Of a DNA stretch of 64,000 nt, positions 51,201 to 64,000 are shown piece by piece. Positions within the stretch are counted from its first letter, which is position 1. Each line of letters opens with the position of its first letter. The position numbers and the translations under genes are program-made. The stretch spans positions 2,356,001 through 2,420,000 of the forward strand of contig JBNRSN020000015.1 in assembly GCA_051313645.2 (NCBI GenBank). The letters run 5' to 3'. The notes below the pieces were generated by a model that was not told the DNA's origin, made no database searches, and worked only from the letters and a program-made list of their open reading frames with translations. The DNA comes from Centroscyllium fabricii (Eukaryota).

Positions 51201-54200
51201 TGGCATGAAGTTTGATGGTATGAGGTTTGATGGCATGAGGTTTGATGGTGTGAGGTTTGATGGCGTGAGGTTTGATGGCATGAGGTTTGATGGCGTGTGG
51301 TTTGATGGCATGAGTTTTGATGGCGTGAGATTTGATGGCGTGAGGTTTGATGGCATGAGGTTTGATGGCGTGAGGTTTGATGGCGTGAGGTTTGATGGCG
51401 TGAGGTTTGATGGCGTGAGGTTTGATGGCTTGATGTTTGCTGGCGTGAGGTTTGGTGGCGTGAGGTTTGATGGCGTGTGGTTTGGTTGCGTGCCATTTGA
51501 TTGACTGAGGTTTGATGTCATGAAGTTTAATGGCATGATGTTTGCTGGCGTGAAATTTAATGGTGTGAGGTTTAATGATGTGAGGGTTGATGGCGTGAGG
51601 TTTGATGATGTGAGGTTTGGTGGCGTGTTGTTTGATGGCGTGTGGTTTGATGGCATGTGATTTGGTCGCGTGAGGTTTGATGGCATGAGGTTTGGTATCG
51701 TGAGGCTTGTGGGCATGAGGTTTGGTGTCTTCAGGTTTGATGGTGTGCAGTTTGAGGGCGTGAGGTTTGATGGTGTGAGGTTTGAGGGCGTGAGATTTGA
51801 TGGCGTGATGTTTGATCATGGTATTTGATTGTGTGAGGTTTGATGACGTGCGGTTTTACGACATGCGGTTTGATCGCGAGGTTTGATGGCGTGAGGTTTG
51901 ATGACGTGAGGTTTGATGACATGAGGTTTGATAACGTGAGGTTTGATGACGTGAGATTTGATCTCGTGGTTTGATGGCGTGAGATTTGATGACATGTGTT
52001 TTGGTGGCATGAGGTTTGATGGCATGAGGTTTGATGACATGAAGTTTAATGGCATGAGGTTTGATGGCGTGAGGTTTGATGGCGTGAGATTTGATGGCAT
52101 GAGGTTTGATTGTATGAGGTTTGATGGCGTGAGGTTTGATGGTGTGAGGTTTGATGGCGTGAGGTTTGATGGCGTGAGGTTTGATGGTGTGAGGTTTGAT
52201 GGCGTGAGGTTTGATGACGTGAGGTTTGATGACGTGAGGTGTGATGATGTGAGGTTTGATGATGTGAGGTTTGAGGACGCGAGGTTTGAGGACGTGAGGT
52301 TTGATGGCGTGAGATTTGATGACGTGAGGTTTGATGACGTGAGGTTTGATAACATGAGGTTTGATGACGTGAGATTTGATCTCGTGGTTTGATGGCGTGA
52401 GATTTGATGACATGTGTTTTGATGGCATGAGGTTTGATGGATTGAGTTTGATGACATGAAGTTTAATGGCGTGAGTTTTGATGGCGTGAGGTTTGATGGC
52501 GTGAGGTTTGATGGCGTGAGGTTTGATGGCGTGAGTTTGGATGGTATGAGGTTTGATGGCGTGAGGTTTGATGGTGTGAGGTTTGATGGCGTGAGGTTTG
52601 ATGGCGTGAGGTTTGATGGCGTGAGGTTTGATGACGTGAGGTTTGATGACGTGAGGTGTGATGATGTGACGTTTGATGGTGTGAGGTTTGATGACGGGAA
52701 GTTTGCTGGCATGAGGTTTGATGGCGTGAGGTTTGATGACGTGAGGTTTGATGGTGTGAGTTTTGAGGACGTGACGATTGATTGCGTGAGGTTTGATGAG
52801 GTGAGGTTTCATCGCGTGGTTTGATGGCGTGTGATTTGACGACATGAGGATTGATGGCGTGAGGTTTGATGGTGTGAGGTTTGATGGCATGACAATTGAT
52901 GACGTGAGATTTGATGGCATGGGGTTTGATGGCGTGATGTTTGATCGTGTGAGGTTTGATGACGTGTGATTTGATGACCTGAGGTAAATGGCGTGTGGTT
53001 TGATGACGTGAGGTTTGATGGCGGGAGGTTTGATGGCGTAAAGGTTGATGACATGAGGTTAGATGACGTGCGGTTTTTGCGACATGCGGTTTGATCGCGA
53101 GGTTTGATGGCGTGAGGTTTGATGACGTGAGGTTTGATGACGAGAGGTTTGTTGACATTATATTTGATTGCATGAGGTTTGATGACGTGAGGTTTGAGGA
53201 CGTAAGGTTTGATGGTGTGAGGTTTGATGACATGAGGTTTGATGATGCGAGGTTTGATGATGTGAGGTTTGAGGACGTGCGGTTTTACGACATGAGGTTT
53301 GATTGCGAGGTTTGATGGCGTGAGGTTTGATGACGTGAGGTTTGATGACGAGAGGTTTGTTGACATTATGTTTGATGGCGTGAGGTTTGATGTCGTGAGG
53401 TTTGATGACGTGAGGTTTGATGACGTGAGGTTTGATAACGTGAGGTTTGATGACGTGAGATTTGATCTCGTGGTTTTATGGCGTGAGATTTGATGACATG
53501 TGTTTTGATGGCATGAGGTTTGATGGCATGAGATTTGATGGCATGAAGTTTAATGGCGTGAGGTTTGATGGCGTGAGGTTTGATGACGTGAGGTTTGATA
53601 ACATGAGATTTGATGACATGAGGTTTGATGACCTCTGGTTTGATGACGTGAGGTTTGATGGCATGACAATTGATGACATGAGGTTTGATGGCGTGAGGTT
53701 TGATGATGTGAGGTTTGATGGCATGACAATTGATGATGTGAGGTTTGAAGGCATGAGGTTTGATGACGTGAGCTTTGATGGCATGACAATTGATGATGTG
53801 AGGTTTGATGGCATGACAATTAATGACGTGAGGTTAGATCGTGTGAGGTTTGATGACGTGAGATTTGATAGCGTGAGGTTTGATGACCTGAGGTTTGATG
53901 ACGTGTGGTTTGATGACGTGAGGTTTGATGACGTGAGGTTTGATGACGTGAGGTTTGATGGCGTGAGGTTTGATGACGTGACGTTTGATGACGTGAGGTT
54001 TGATCTCGTGGTTTGATGCCATGAGATTTGATGACGTGAGGTTCTATGGCATGAGGTTTGATGGCGTGAGGTTTGATGGCATGAGGTTTGATGGCATGAG
54101 GTTTGATGGCATGAGTTTTGATGGCATGAGGTTTGATCGCGTGAGGTTTGATGACGTGAGGTTTGATGACGTGAGGTGTGATGATGTGATGTTTGATGGC

Positions 54201-57200
54201 GTGAGGTTTGATGACGTGACGTTTGATGACGTGAGGTTTGATGGCATGACAATTGATGGCATGAGGTTTGATGTCATGAGGTTTGATGACATGAAGTTTA
54301 ATGGCGTGAGGTTTGATGGCGTGAGGTTTGATGGCATGAGGTTTGATGGCGTGAGGTTTGATGGTATGAGGTTTGGTATCGTGAGGCTTGTGGGCATGAG
54401 GTTTGGTGTCTTCAGGTTTGATGGTGTGCAGTTTGAGGGCGTGAGGTTTGATGGTGTGAGGTTTGAGGGCGTGAGATTTGATGGCGTGATGTTTGATCAT
54501 GGTATTTGATTGTGTGAGGTTTGATGACGTGCGGTTTTACGACATGCGGTTTGATCGCGAGGTTTGATGGCGTGAGGTTTGATGACGTGAGTTTTGATGA
54601 CGTGAGATTTGATGACCTGATGTTTGATGGCGTGTGGTTTGATGACGTGAGGTTTGATGACGTGAGGTTTGATGGCGTGTGGTTTGATGACGTGAGGTTT
54701 GATGACGTGAGGTTTGATGGCGGGAGGTTTGATGGCGTAAAGGTTGATGACATGAGGTTAGATGACGTGTGGTTTGATGACGTGCGGTTTTACGACATGC
54801 GGTTTGATCGCGAGGTTTGATGGCGTGAGGTTTGATGACGTGAGGTTTGATGACGAGAGGTTTGTTGACGTTATATTTGATTGCATGAGCTTTGATGACG
54901 TGAGGTTTGAGGACGTAAGGTTTGATGGTGTGAGGTTTGATGACATGAGGTTTGATGATGCGAGGTTTGAGGACGTGCGGTTTTACGACATGAGGTTTGA
55001 TTGCGAGGTTTGATGGCGTGAGGTTTGATGACGTGAGATTTGATGACGAGAGGTTTGTTGACATTATGTTTGATGGTGTGAGGTTTGATGGCGTGAGGTA
55101 TGATGACGTGAGGTTTGATGACGTGAGGTTTGATAACGTGAGGTTTGATGACGTGAGATTTGATGACGAGAGGTTTGTTGACGTTATATTTGATTGCATG
55201 AGCTTTGATGACGTGAGGTTTGAGGACGTAAGGTTTGATGGTGTGAGGTTTGATGACATGAGGTTTGATGATGCGAGGTTTGAGGACGTGCGGTTTTACG
55301 ACATGAGGTTTGATTGCGAGGTTTGATGGCGTGAGGTTTGATGACGTGAGGTTTGATGACGAGAGGTTTGTTGACATTATGTTTGATGGTGTGAGGTTTG
55401 ATGGCGTGAGGTATGATGACGTGAGGTTTGATGACGTGAGGTTTGATAACGTGAGGTTTGATGACGTGAGATTTGATCTCGTGGTTTTATGGCGTGAGAT
55501 TTGATGACATGTGTTTTGATGGCATGAGGTTTGATGGCATGAGGTTTGATGACATGAAGTTTAATGGCGTGAGGTTTGATGGCGTGAGGTTTGATGGCAT
55601 GAGGTTTGATGGCGTGAGGTTTGATGGTATGAGGTTTGATGGCGTGAGGTTTGATGGTGTGAGGTTTGATGGCGTGAGGTTTGATGGCGTGAGGTTTGAT
55701 GGTATGAGGTTTGATGGCGTGAGGTTTGATGGTGTGAGGTTTGTTGGCGTGAGGTTTGATGGCATGAGGTTTGATGGCGTGAGATTTGATGGCGTGAGGT
55801 TTGATGGCGTGAGGTTTGATGGCGTGAGGTTTGATGGCTTGATGTTTGGTGGCGTGAGGTTTGGTGGCGTGAGGTTTGATGGCGTGTGGTTTGGTTGCGT
55901 GCCATTTGATTGACTGAGGTTTGATGTCATGAAGTTTAATGGCATGATGTTTGCTGGCGTGAAATTTAATGGTGTGATGTTTAATGATGTGAGGGTTGAT
56001 GGCGTGAGGTTTGATGATGTGAGGTTTGGTGGCGTGTTGTTTGATGGCGTGTGGTTTGATGACGTAAGGTTTGATGGTGTGAGGTTTGATGACATGAGGT
56101 TTGATGATGCGAGGTTTGATGATGTAAGGTTTGAGGACGTGCATTTTTACGACATGAGGTTTGATTGCGAGGTTTGATGGCGTGAGGTTTGATGACGTGA
56201 GGTTTGATGACGAGAGGTTTGTTGACATTATGTTTGATGGTGTGAGGTTTGATGGCGTGAGGTATGATGACGTGAGGTTTGATGACGTGAGGTTTGATAA
56301 CGTGAGGTTTGATGACGTGAGTTTTGATCTCGTGGTTTTATGGCGTGAGATTTGATGACATGTGTTTTGATGGCATGAGGTTTGATGGCATGAGGTTTGA
56401 TGACATGAAGTTTAATGGCGTGAGGGTTGATGGCGTGAGGTTTGATGGTATGAGGTTTGATGGCGTGAGGTTTGATGGTGTGAGGTTTGATGGCGTGAGG
56501 TTTGATGGCGTGAGGTTTGATGGTATGAGGTTTGATGACGTGAGGTTTGATGGTGTGAGGTTTGTTGGCATGAGGTTTGATGGCATGAGGTTTGATGGCG
56601 TGAGGTTTGATGGTATGAGGTTTGATGGCGTGAGGTTTGATGGTGTGAGGTTTGATGGCGTGAGGTTTGATGGCGTGAGGTTTGATGGTATGAGGTTTGA
56701 TGGCGTGAGGTTTGATGGTGTGAGGTTTGTTGGCATGAGGTTTGATGGCATGAGGTTTGATGGCGTGAGGTTTGATGGCGTGAGGTTTGATGGCGTGAGG
56801 TTTGATGGCGTGAGGTTTGATGGCTTGATGTTTGGTGGCGTGAGGTTTGGTGGCGTGAGGTTTGATGACGTGAGATTTGATCTCGTGGTTTGATGGCGTG
56901 AGATTTGATGATATGTGTTTTGGTGGCATGAGGTTTGATGGCATGAGGTTTGATGACATGATGTTTAATGGCGTGAGGTTTGATGGCGTGAGGTTTGATG
57001 GCGTGAGATTTGATGGCGTGAGGTTTGATTGTATGAGGTTTGATGGCGTGAGGTTTGATGGTGTGAGGTTTGATGGCGTGAGGTTTGATGGCGTGAGGTT
57101 TGATGGCGTGAGGTTTGATGGCGTGAGGTTTGATGACGTGAGGTTTGATGACGTGAGGTGTGATGATGTGAGGTTTGATGATGTGAGGTTTGAGGACGTG

Positions 57201-60200
57201 AGGTTTGAGGACGTGAGGTTTGATGGCGTGAGATTTGATGACGTGAGGTTTGATGGCGTGAGATTTGATGATATGTGTTTTGGTGGCATGAGGTTTGATG
57301 GAATGAGGTTTGATGACATGAAGTTTAATGGCGTGAGGTTTGATGGCGTGAGGTTTGATGGCGTGAGGTTTGATGGCGTGAGGTTTGATGGCGTGAGTTT
57401 GGATGGTATGAGGTTTGATGGCGTGAGGTTTGATGGTGTGAGGTTTGATGGCGTGAGGTTTGATGGCGTGAGGTTTGATGGCGTGAGGTTTGATGACGTG
57501 AGGTTTGATGACGTGAGGTGTGATGATGTGACGTTTGATGGTGTGAGGTTTGATGACGGGAAGTTTGCTGGCATGAGGTTTGATGGCGTGAGGTTTGATG
57601 ACGTGAGGTTTGATGGTGTGAGTTTTGAGGACGTGACGATTGATTGCGTGAGGTTTGATGAGGTGAGGTTTCATCGCGTGGTTTGATGGCGTGTGATTTG
57701 ATGACATGAGGATTGATGGCGTGAGGTTTGATGGCGTGAGGTTTGATGGCATGACAATTGATGACGTGAGATTTGATGGCATGGGGTTTGATGGCGTGAT
57801 GTTTGATCGTGTGAGGTTTGATGACGTGTGATTTGATGACCTGACGTAAATGGCGTGTGGTTTGATGAGGTGAGGTTTGATGACGTGAGGTTTGATGGCG
57901 TAAAGGTTGATGACATGAGGTTAGATGACGTGCGGTTTTACGACATGCGGTTTGATCGCGAGGTTTGATGGCGTGAGGTTTGATGACGTGAGGTTTGATG
58001 ACGAGAGGTTTGTTGACGTTATATTTGATTGCATGAGGTTTGATGACGTGAGGTTTGAGGACGTAAGGTTTGATGGTGTGAGGTTTGATGACATGAGGTT
58101 TGATGATGCGAGGTTTGATAATGTGAGGTTTGAGCACGTGCGGTTTTACGACATGAGGTTTGATTGCGAGGTTTGATGGCGTGAGGTTTGATGACGTGAG
58201 GTTTGATGACGAGAGGTTTGTTGACATTATGTTTGATGGCGTGAGGTTTGATGTCGTGAGGTTTGATGACGTGAGGTTTGATGACGTGAGGTTTGATAAC
58301 GTGAGGTTTGATGACGTGAGATTTGATCTCGTGGTTTTATGGCGTGAGATTTGATGACATGTGTTTTGATGGCATGAGGTTTGATGGCATGAGATTTGAT
58401 GACATGAAGTTTAATGGCATGAGGTTTGATGGCGTGAGGTTTGATGACGTGAGGTTTGATAACATGAGATTTGCTGACATGAGGTTTGATGACCTGCGGT
58501 TTGATGACGTGAGGTTTGATGGCATGACAATTGATGACATGAGGTTTGATGGCGTGAGGTTTGATGATGTGAGGTTTGATGGCATGACAATTGATGATGT
58601 GAGGTTTGAAGTCGTGAGGTTTGATGACGTGAGCTTTGATGGCATGATAATTGATGATGTGAGGTTTGATGGCATGACAATTAATGACGTGAGGTTAGAT
58701 CGTGTGAGGTTTGATGACGTGAGATTTGATAGCGTGAGGTTTGATGACCTGAGGTTTGATGACGTGTGGTTTGATGACGTGAGGTTTGATGACGTGAGGT
58801 TTGATGACGTGAGGTTTGATGGCGTGAGGTTTGATGACGTGACGTTTGATGACGTGAGGTTTGATCTCGTGGTTTGATGCCATGAGATTTGATGACGTGA
58901 GGTTCTATGGCGTGAGGTTTGATGGCATGAGGTTTGATGGCATGAGGTTTGATGGCATGAGGTTTGATGGCATGAGTTTTGATGGCATGAGGTTTGATCG
59001 CGTGAGGTTTGATGATGTGAGGTTTGATGACGTGAGGTGTGATGATGTGATGTTTGATGGCGTGAGGTTTGATGACGTGACGTTTGATGACGTGAGGTTT
59101 GATGGTATGAGGTTTGGTATCGTGAGGCTTGTGGGCATGAGGTTTGGTGTCTTCAGGTATGATGGTGTGCAGTTTGAGGGCGTGAGGTTTGATGGTGTGA
59201 CGTTTGAGGGCATGAGATTTGATGGCGTGATGTTTGATCATGGTATTTGATTGTGTGAGGTTTGATGACATGCGGTTTTACGACATGCGGTTTGATCGTG
59301 AGGTTTGATGGCGTGAGGTTTGATGACGTGAGGTTTGATGACGTGAGATTTGATGGCGTGAGGTTTGATGGCATGAGGTTTGATTGCGTGAGGTTTGATG
59401 GTATGAGGTTTGATGGCGTGAGGTTTGATGGTGTGAGGTTTGATGGCGTGAGGTTTGATGGCGTGAGGTTTGATGGTATGAGGTTTGATGGCGTGAGGTT
59501 TGATGGTGTGAGGTTTGTTGGCATGAGGTTTGATGACATGAAGTTTAATGGCGTGAGGTTTGATGGCGTGAGGTTTGATGGCATGAGATTTGATGGCATG
59601 AGGTTTGATGGCATGAGTTTTGATGGCATGAGGTTTGATCGCGTGAGGTTTGATGATGTGAGTTTTGATGACGTGAGGTGTGATGATGTGATGTTTGATG
59701 GCGTGAGGTTTGATGACGTGACGTTTGATGACGTGAGGTTTGATGGTATGAGGTTTGGTATCGTGAGGCTTGTGGGCATGAGGTTTGGTGTCTTCAGGTT
59801 TGATGGTGTGCAGTTTGAGGGCGTGAGGTTTGATGGTGTGAGGTTTGAGGGCGTGAGATTTGATGGCGTGATGTTTGATCATGGTATTTGATTGTGTGAG
59901 GTTTGATGACATGCGGTTTTACGACATGCGGTTTGATCGCGAGGTTTGATGGCGTGAGGTTTGATGACGTGAGGTTTGATGACGTGAGATTTGATGGCGT
60001 GAGGTTTGATGGCATGAGGTTTGATTGCGTGAGGTTTGATGGTATGAGGTTTGATGGCGTGAGGTTTGATGGTGTGAGGTTTGATGGCGTGAGGTTTGAT
60101 GGCGTGAGGTTTGATGGTATGAGGTTTGATGGCGTGAGGTTTGATGGTGTGAGGTTTGTTGGCATGAGGTTTGATGACATGAAGTTTAATGGCGTGAGGT

Positions 60201-63200
60201 TTGATGGCGTGAGGTTTGATGGCATGAGGTTTGATTGCGTGAGGTTTGATGGTATGAGGTTTGATGGCGTGAGGTTTGATGGTGTGAGGTTTGATGGCGT
60301 GAGGTTTGATGGCGTGAGGTTTGATGGTATGAGGTTTGATGGCGTGAGGTTTGATGACGTGAGCTTTGATGGCATGACAATTGATGATGTGAGGTTTGAT
60401 GGCATGACAATTAATGACGTGAGGTTAGATCGTGTGAGGTTTGATGACGTGAGATTTGATAGCGTGAGGTTTGATGACCTGAGGTTTGATGACGTGTGGT
60501 TTGATGACGTGAGGTTTGATGACGTGAGGTTTGATGACGTGAGGTTTGATGGCGTGAGGTTTGATGACGTGACGTTTGATGACGTGAGGTTTGATCTCGT
60601 GGTTTGATGCCATGAGATTTGATGACGTGAGGTTCTATGGCGTGAGGTTTGATGGCATGAGGTTTGATGGCATGAGGTTTGATGGCATGAGGTTTGATGG
60701 CATGAGTTTTGATGGCATGAGGTTTGATCGCGTGAGGTTTGATGATGTGAGGTTTGATGACGTGAGGTGTGATGATGTGATGTTTGATGGCGTGAGGTTT
60801 GATGACGTGACGTTTGATGACGTGAGGTTTGATGGAATGAGGTTTGGTATCGTGAGGCTTGTGGGCATGAGGTTTGGTGTCTTCAGGTATGATGGTGTGC
60901 AGTTTGAGGGCGTGAGGTTTGATGGTGTGAGGTTTGAGGGCATGAGATTTGATGGCGTGATGTTTGATCATGGTATATGATTGTGTGAGGTTTGATGACA
61001 TGCGGTTTTACGACATGCGGTTTGATCGCGAGGTTTGATGGCGTGAGGTTTGATGACGTGAGGTTTGATGACGTGAGATTTGATGGCGTGAGGTTTGATG
61101 GCATGAGGTTTGATTGCGTGAGGTTTGATGGTATGAGGTTTGATGGCGTGAGGTTTGATGGTGTGAGGTTTGATGGCGTGAGGTTTGATGGCGTGAGGTT
61201 TGATGGTATGAGGTTTGATGGCGTGAGGTTTGATGGTGTGAGGTTTGTTGGCATGAGGTTTGATGACATGAAGTTTAATGGCGTGAGGTTTGATGGCGTG
61301 AGGTTTGATGGCATGAGGTTTGATGGCATGAGGTTTGATGGCATGAGTTTTGATGGCATGAGGTTTGATCGCGTGAGGTTTGATGATGTGAGGTTTGATG
61401 ACGTGAGGTGTGATGATGTGATGTTTGATGGCGTGAGGTTTGATGACGTGACGTTTGATGATGTGAGGTTTGATGTTATGAGGTTTGGTATCGTGAGGCT
61501 TGTGGGCATGAGGTTTGGTGTCTTCAGGTATGATGGTGTGCAGTTTGAGGGCGTGAGGTTTGATGGTGTGAGGTTTGAGGGCCTGAGATTTGATGGCGTG
61601 ATGTTTGATCATGGTATTTGATTGTGTGAGGTTTGATGACATGCGGTTTTACGACATGCGGTTTGATCGCGAGGTTTGATGGCATGAGGTTTGATGACGT
61701 GAGGTTTGATGACGTGAGATTTGATGGCGTGAGGTTTGATGGCATGAGGTTTGATTGCGTGAGGTTTGATGGTATGAGGTTTGATGGCGTGAGGTTTGAT
61801 GGTGTGAGGTTTGATGGCGTGAGGTTTGATGGCGTGAGGTTTGATGGTATGAGTTTTGATGGCGTGAGGTTTGATGGTGTGAGGTTTGTTGGCATGAGGT
61901 TTGATGACATGAAGTTTAATGGCGTGAGGTTTGATGGCGTGAGGTTTGATAGCATGAGGTTTGATTGCGTGAGGTTTGATGGTATGAGGTTTGATGGCGT
62001 GAGGTTTGATGGTGTGAGGTTTGATGGCGTGAGGTTTGATGGCGTGAGGTTTGATGGTATGAGGTTTGATGGCGTGAGGTTTGATGGTGTGAGGTTTGTT
62101 GGCATGAGGTTTGATGGCATGAGGTTTGATGGCGTGAGGTTTGATGGCGTGAGGTTTGATGGCGTGAGGTTTGATGGCGTGAGGTTTGATGGCTTGATGT
62201 TTGGTGGCGTGAGGTTTGGTGGCGTGAGGTTTGATGACGTGAGATTTGATCTCGTGGTTTGATGGCGTGAGATTTGATGATATGTGTTTTGGTGGCATGA
62301 GGTTTGATGGCATGAGGTTTGATGACATGAAGTTTAATGGCGTGAGGTTTGATGGCGTGAGGTTTGATGGCGTGAGATTTGATGGCGTGAGGTTTGATTG
62401 TATGAGGTTTGATGGCGTGAGGTTTGATGGTGTGAGGTTTGATGGCGTGAGGTTTGATGGCGTGAGGTTTGATGACATGAAGTTTAATGGCGTGAGGTTT
62501 GATGGCGTGAGGTTTGATGACGTGAGGTTTGATAACATGAGATTTGCTGACATGAGGTTTGATGACCTGCGGTTTGATGACGTGAGGTTTGATGGCATGA
62601 CAATTGATGACATGAAGTTTGATGGCGTGAGGTTTGATGATGTGAGGTTTGATGGCATGACAATTGATGATGTGAGGTTTGAAGACATGAGGTTTGATGA
62701 CGTGAGCTTTGATGGCATGACAATTGATGATGTGAGGTTTGATGGCATGGCAATTAATGACGTGAGGTTAGATCGTGTGAGGTTTGATGACGTGAGATTT
62801 GATAGCGTGAGGTTTGATGACCTGAGGTTTGATGACGTGTGGTTTGATGACGTGAGGTTTGATGACGTGAGGTTTGATGACGTGAGGTTTGATGGCGTGA
62901 GGTTTGATGACGTGACGTTTGATGACGTGAGGTTTGATCTCGTGGTTTGATGCCATGAGATTTGATGACGTGAGGTTCTATGGCATGAGGTTTGATGGCG
63001 TGAGGTTTGATGGCATGAGGTTTGATGGCATGAGGTTTGATGGCATGAGTTTTGATGGCATGAGGTTTGATCGCGTGAGGTTTGATGATGTGAGGTTTGA
63101 TGACGTGAGGTGTGATGATGTGATGTTTGATGGCGTGAGGTTTGATGATGTGACGTTTGATGACGTGAGGTTTGATGGTATGAGGTTTGGTATCATGAGG

Positions 63201-64000
63201 CTTGAGGGCATGAGGTTTGGTGTCTTCAGGTTTGATGGTGTGCAGTTTGAGGGCGTGAGGTTTGATGGTGTGAGGTTTGAGGGCGTGAGATTTGATGGCG
63301 TGATGTTTGATCATGGTATTTGATTGTGTGAGGTTTGATGACATGCGGTTTTACGACATGCGGTTTGATCGCGAGGTTTGATGGCGTGAGGTTTGATGAC
63401 GTGAGGTTTGATGACGTGAGATTTGATGACCTGAGGTTTGATGGCGTGTGGTTTGATGACGTGAGGTTTGATGACGTAAGGTTTGATGGTGTGAGGTTTG
63501 ATGACATGAGGTTTGATGATGCGAGGTTTGATGATGTAAGGTTTGAGGACGTGCGGTTTTACGACATGAGGTTTGATTGCGAGGTTTGATGGCGTGAGGT
63601 TTGATGACGTGAGGTTTGATGACGACAGGTTTGTTGACATTATGTTTGATGGTGTGAGGTTTGATGGCGTGAGGTATGATGACGTGAGGTTTGATGACGT
63701 GAGGTTTGATAACGTGAGGTTTGATGACGTGAGTTTTGATCTCGTGGTTTTATGGCGTGATATTTGATGACATGTGTTTTGATGGCATGAGGTTTGATGG
63801 CATGAGGTTTGATGACATGAAGTTTAATGGCGTGAGGTTTGATGGCGTGAGGTTTGATGGCATGAGGTTTGATGGCGTGAGGTTTGATGGTATGAGGTTT
63901 GATGGCGTGAGGTTTGATGGTGTGAGGTTTGATGGCGTGAGGTTTGATGGCGTGAGGTTTGATGGTATGAGGTTTGATGGCGTGAGGTTTGATGGTGTGA
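42287..64000. repeat. 15-bp tandem satellite, right higher-order-repeat domain
   Basis: Same monomer with a different landmark set (GGCTTGTGGGCAT, GTCTTCAGG, GTGCAGTTTGAGGG, TTTTACGACATGCGG, TGTTGACATTAT, GTGCCATTTGATTGACT). The array runs off the right edge of the window. Confidence 0.98.
58620..62080. repeat. 1730-bp tandem duplication containing 641-bp sub-units
   Basis: Landmarks 58861/60591, 59262/60992 and 59903/61633 are 1730 bp apart. 59262/59903 are 641 bp apart. Confidence 0.8.

Noticed and set aside
1-64000. CRISPR array
   Set aside because: Monomers are directly adjacent with no unique spacers, there are no cas genes, and the context is eukaryotic LTR elements.
1-64000. Telomeric repeat
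   Set aside because: The strand is G/T-rich but has no TTAGGG-type unit, and its higher-order structure, divergence and internal TE insertions fit satellite DNA.

Overview
This is eukaryotic, probably vertebrate or fish-like, heterochromatic DNA. About 90% of the window is a 15-bp tandem satellite (consensus GTGAGGTTTGATGGC, G/T-rich on +) organised into nested higher-order repeats, with different variant sets left and right of the 29-42 kb zone. Four LTR insertions interrupt it. (1) A near-complete Ty3/Gypsy retrotransposon of the CsRn1/Kabuki type (29018-33756, minus strand) has 248-bp LTRs, a GCGT target-site duplication (TSD), a tRNA-Trp primer-binding site (PBS) and a single gag-pol ORF. 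(2) A related 279-bp solo LTR is nested antisense in its RT (31347-31625); this and one nonsense codon inactivate the ORF. (3, 4) Two related ~1-kb solo LTRs (34865-35860 and 41289-42286) have 5-bp TSDs. The hundreds of repetitive ORFs in the track are satellite artefacts, and no host gene is supported. The most notable observations are a tandemly repeated three-way-junction RNA-like motif with pairing-compatible substitutions inside the two 1-kb LTRs, and the insertion of all three top-level elements at the same nucleotide of the satellite monomer in the same orientation.
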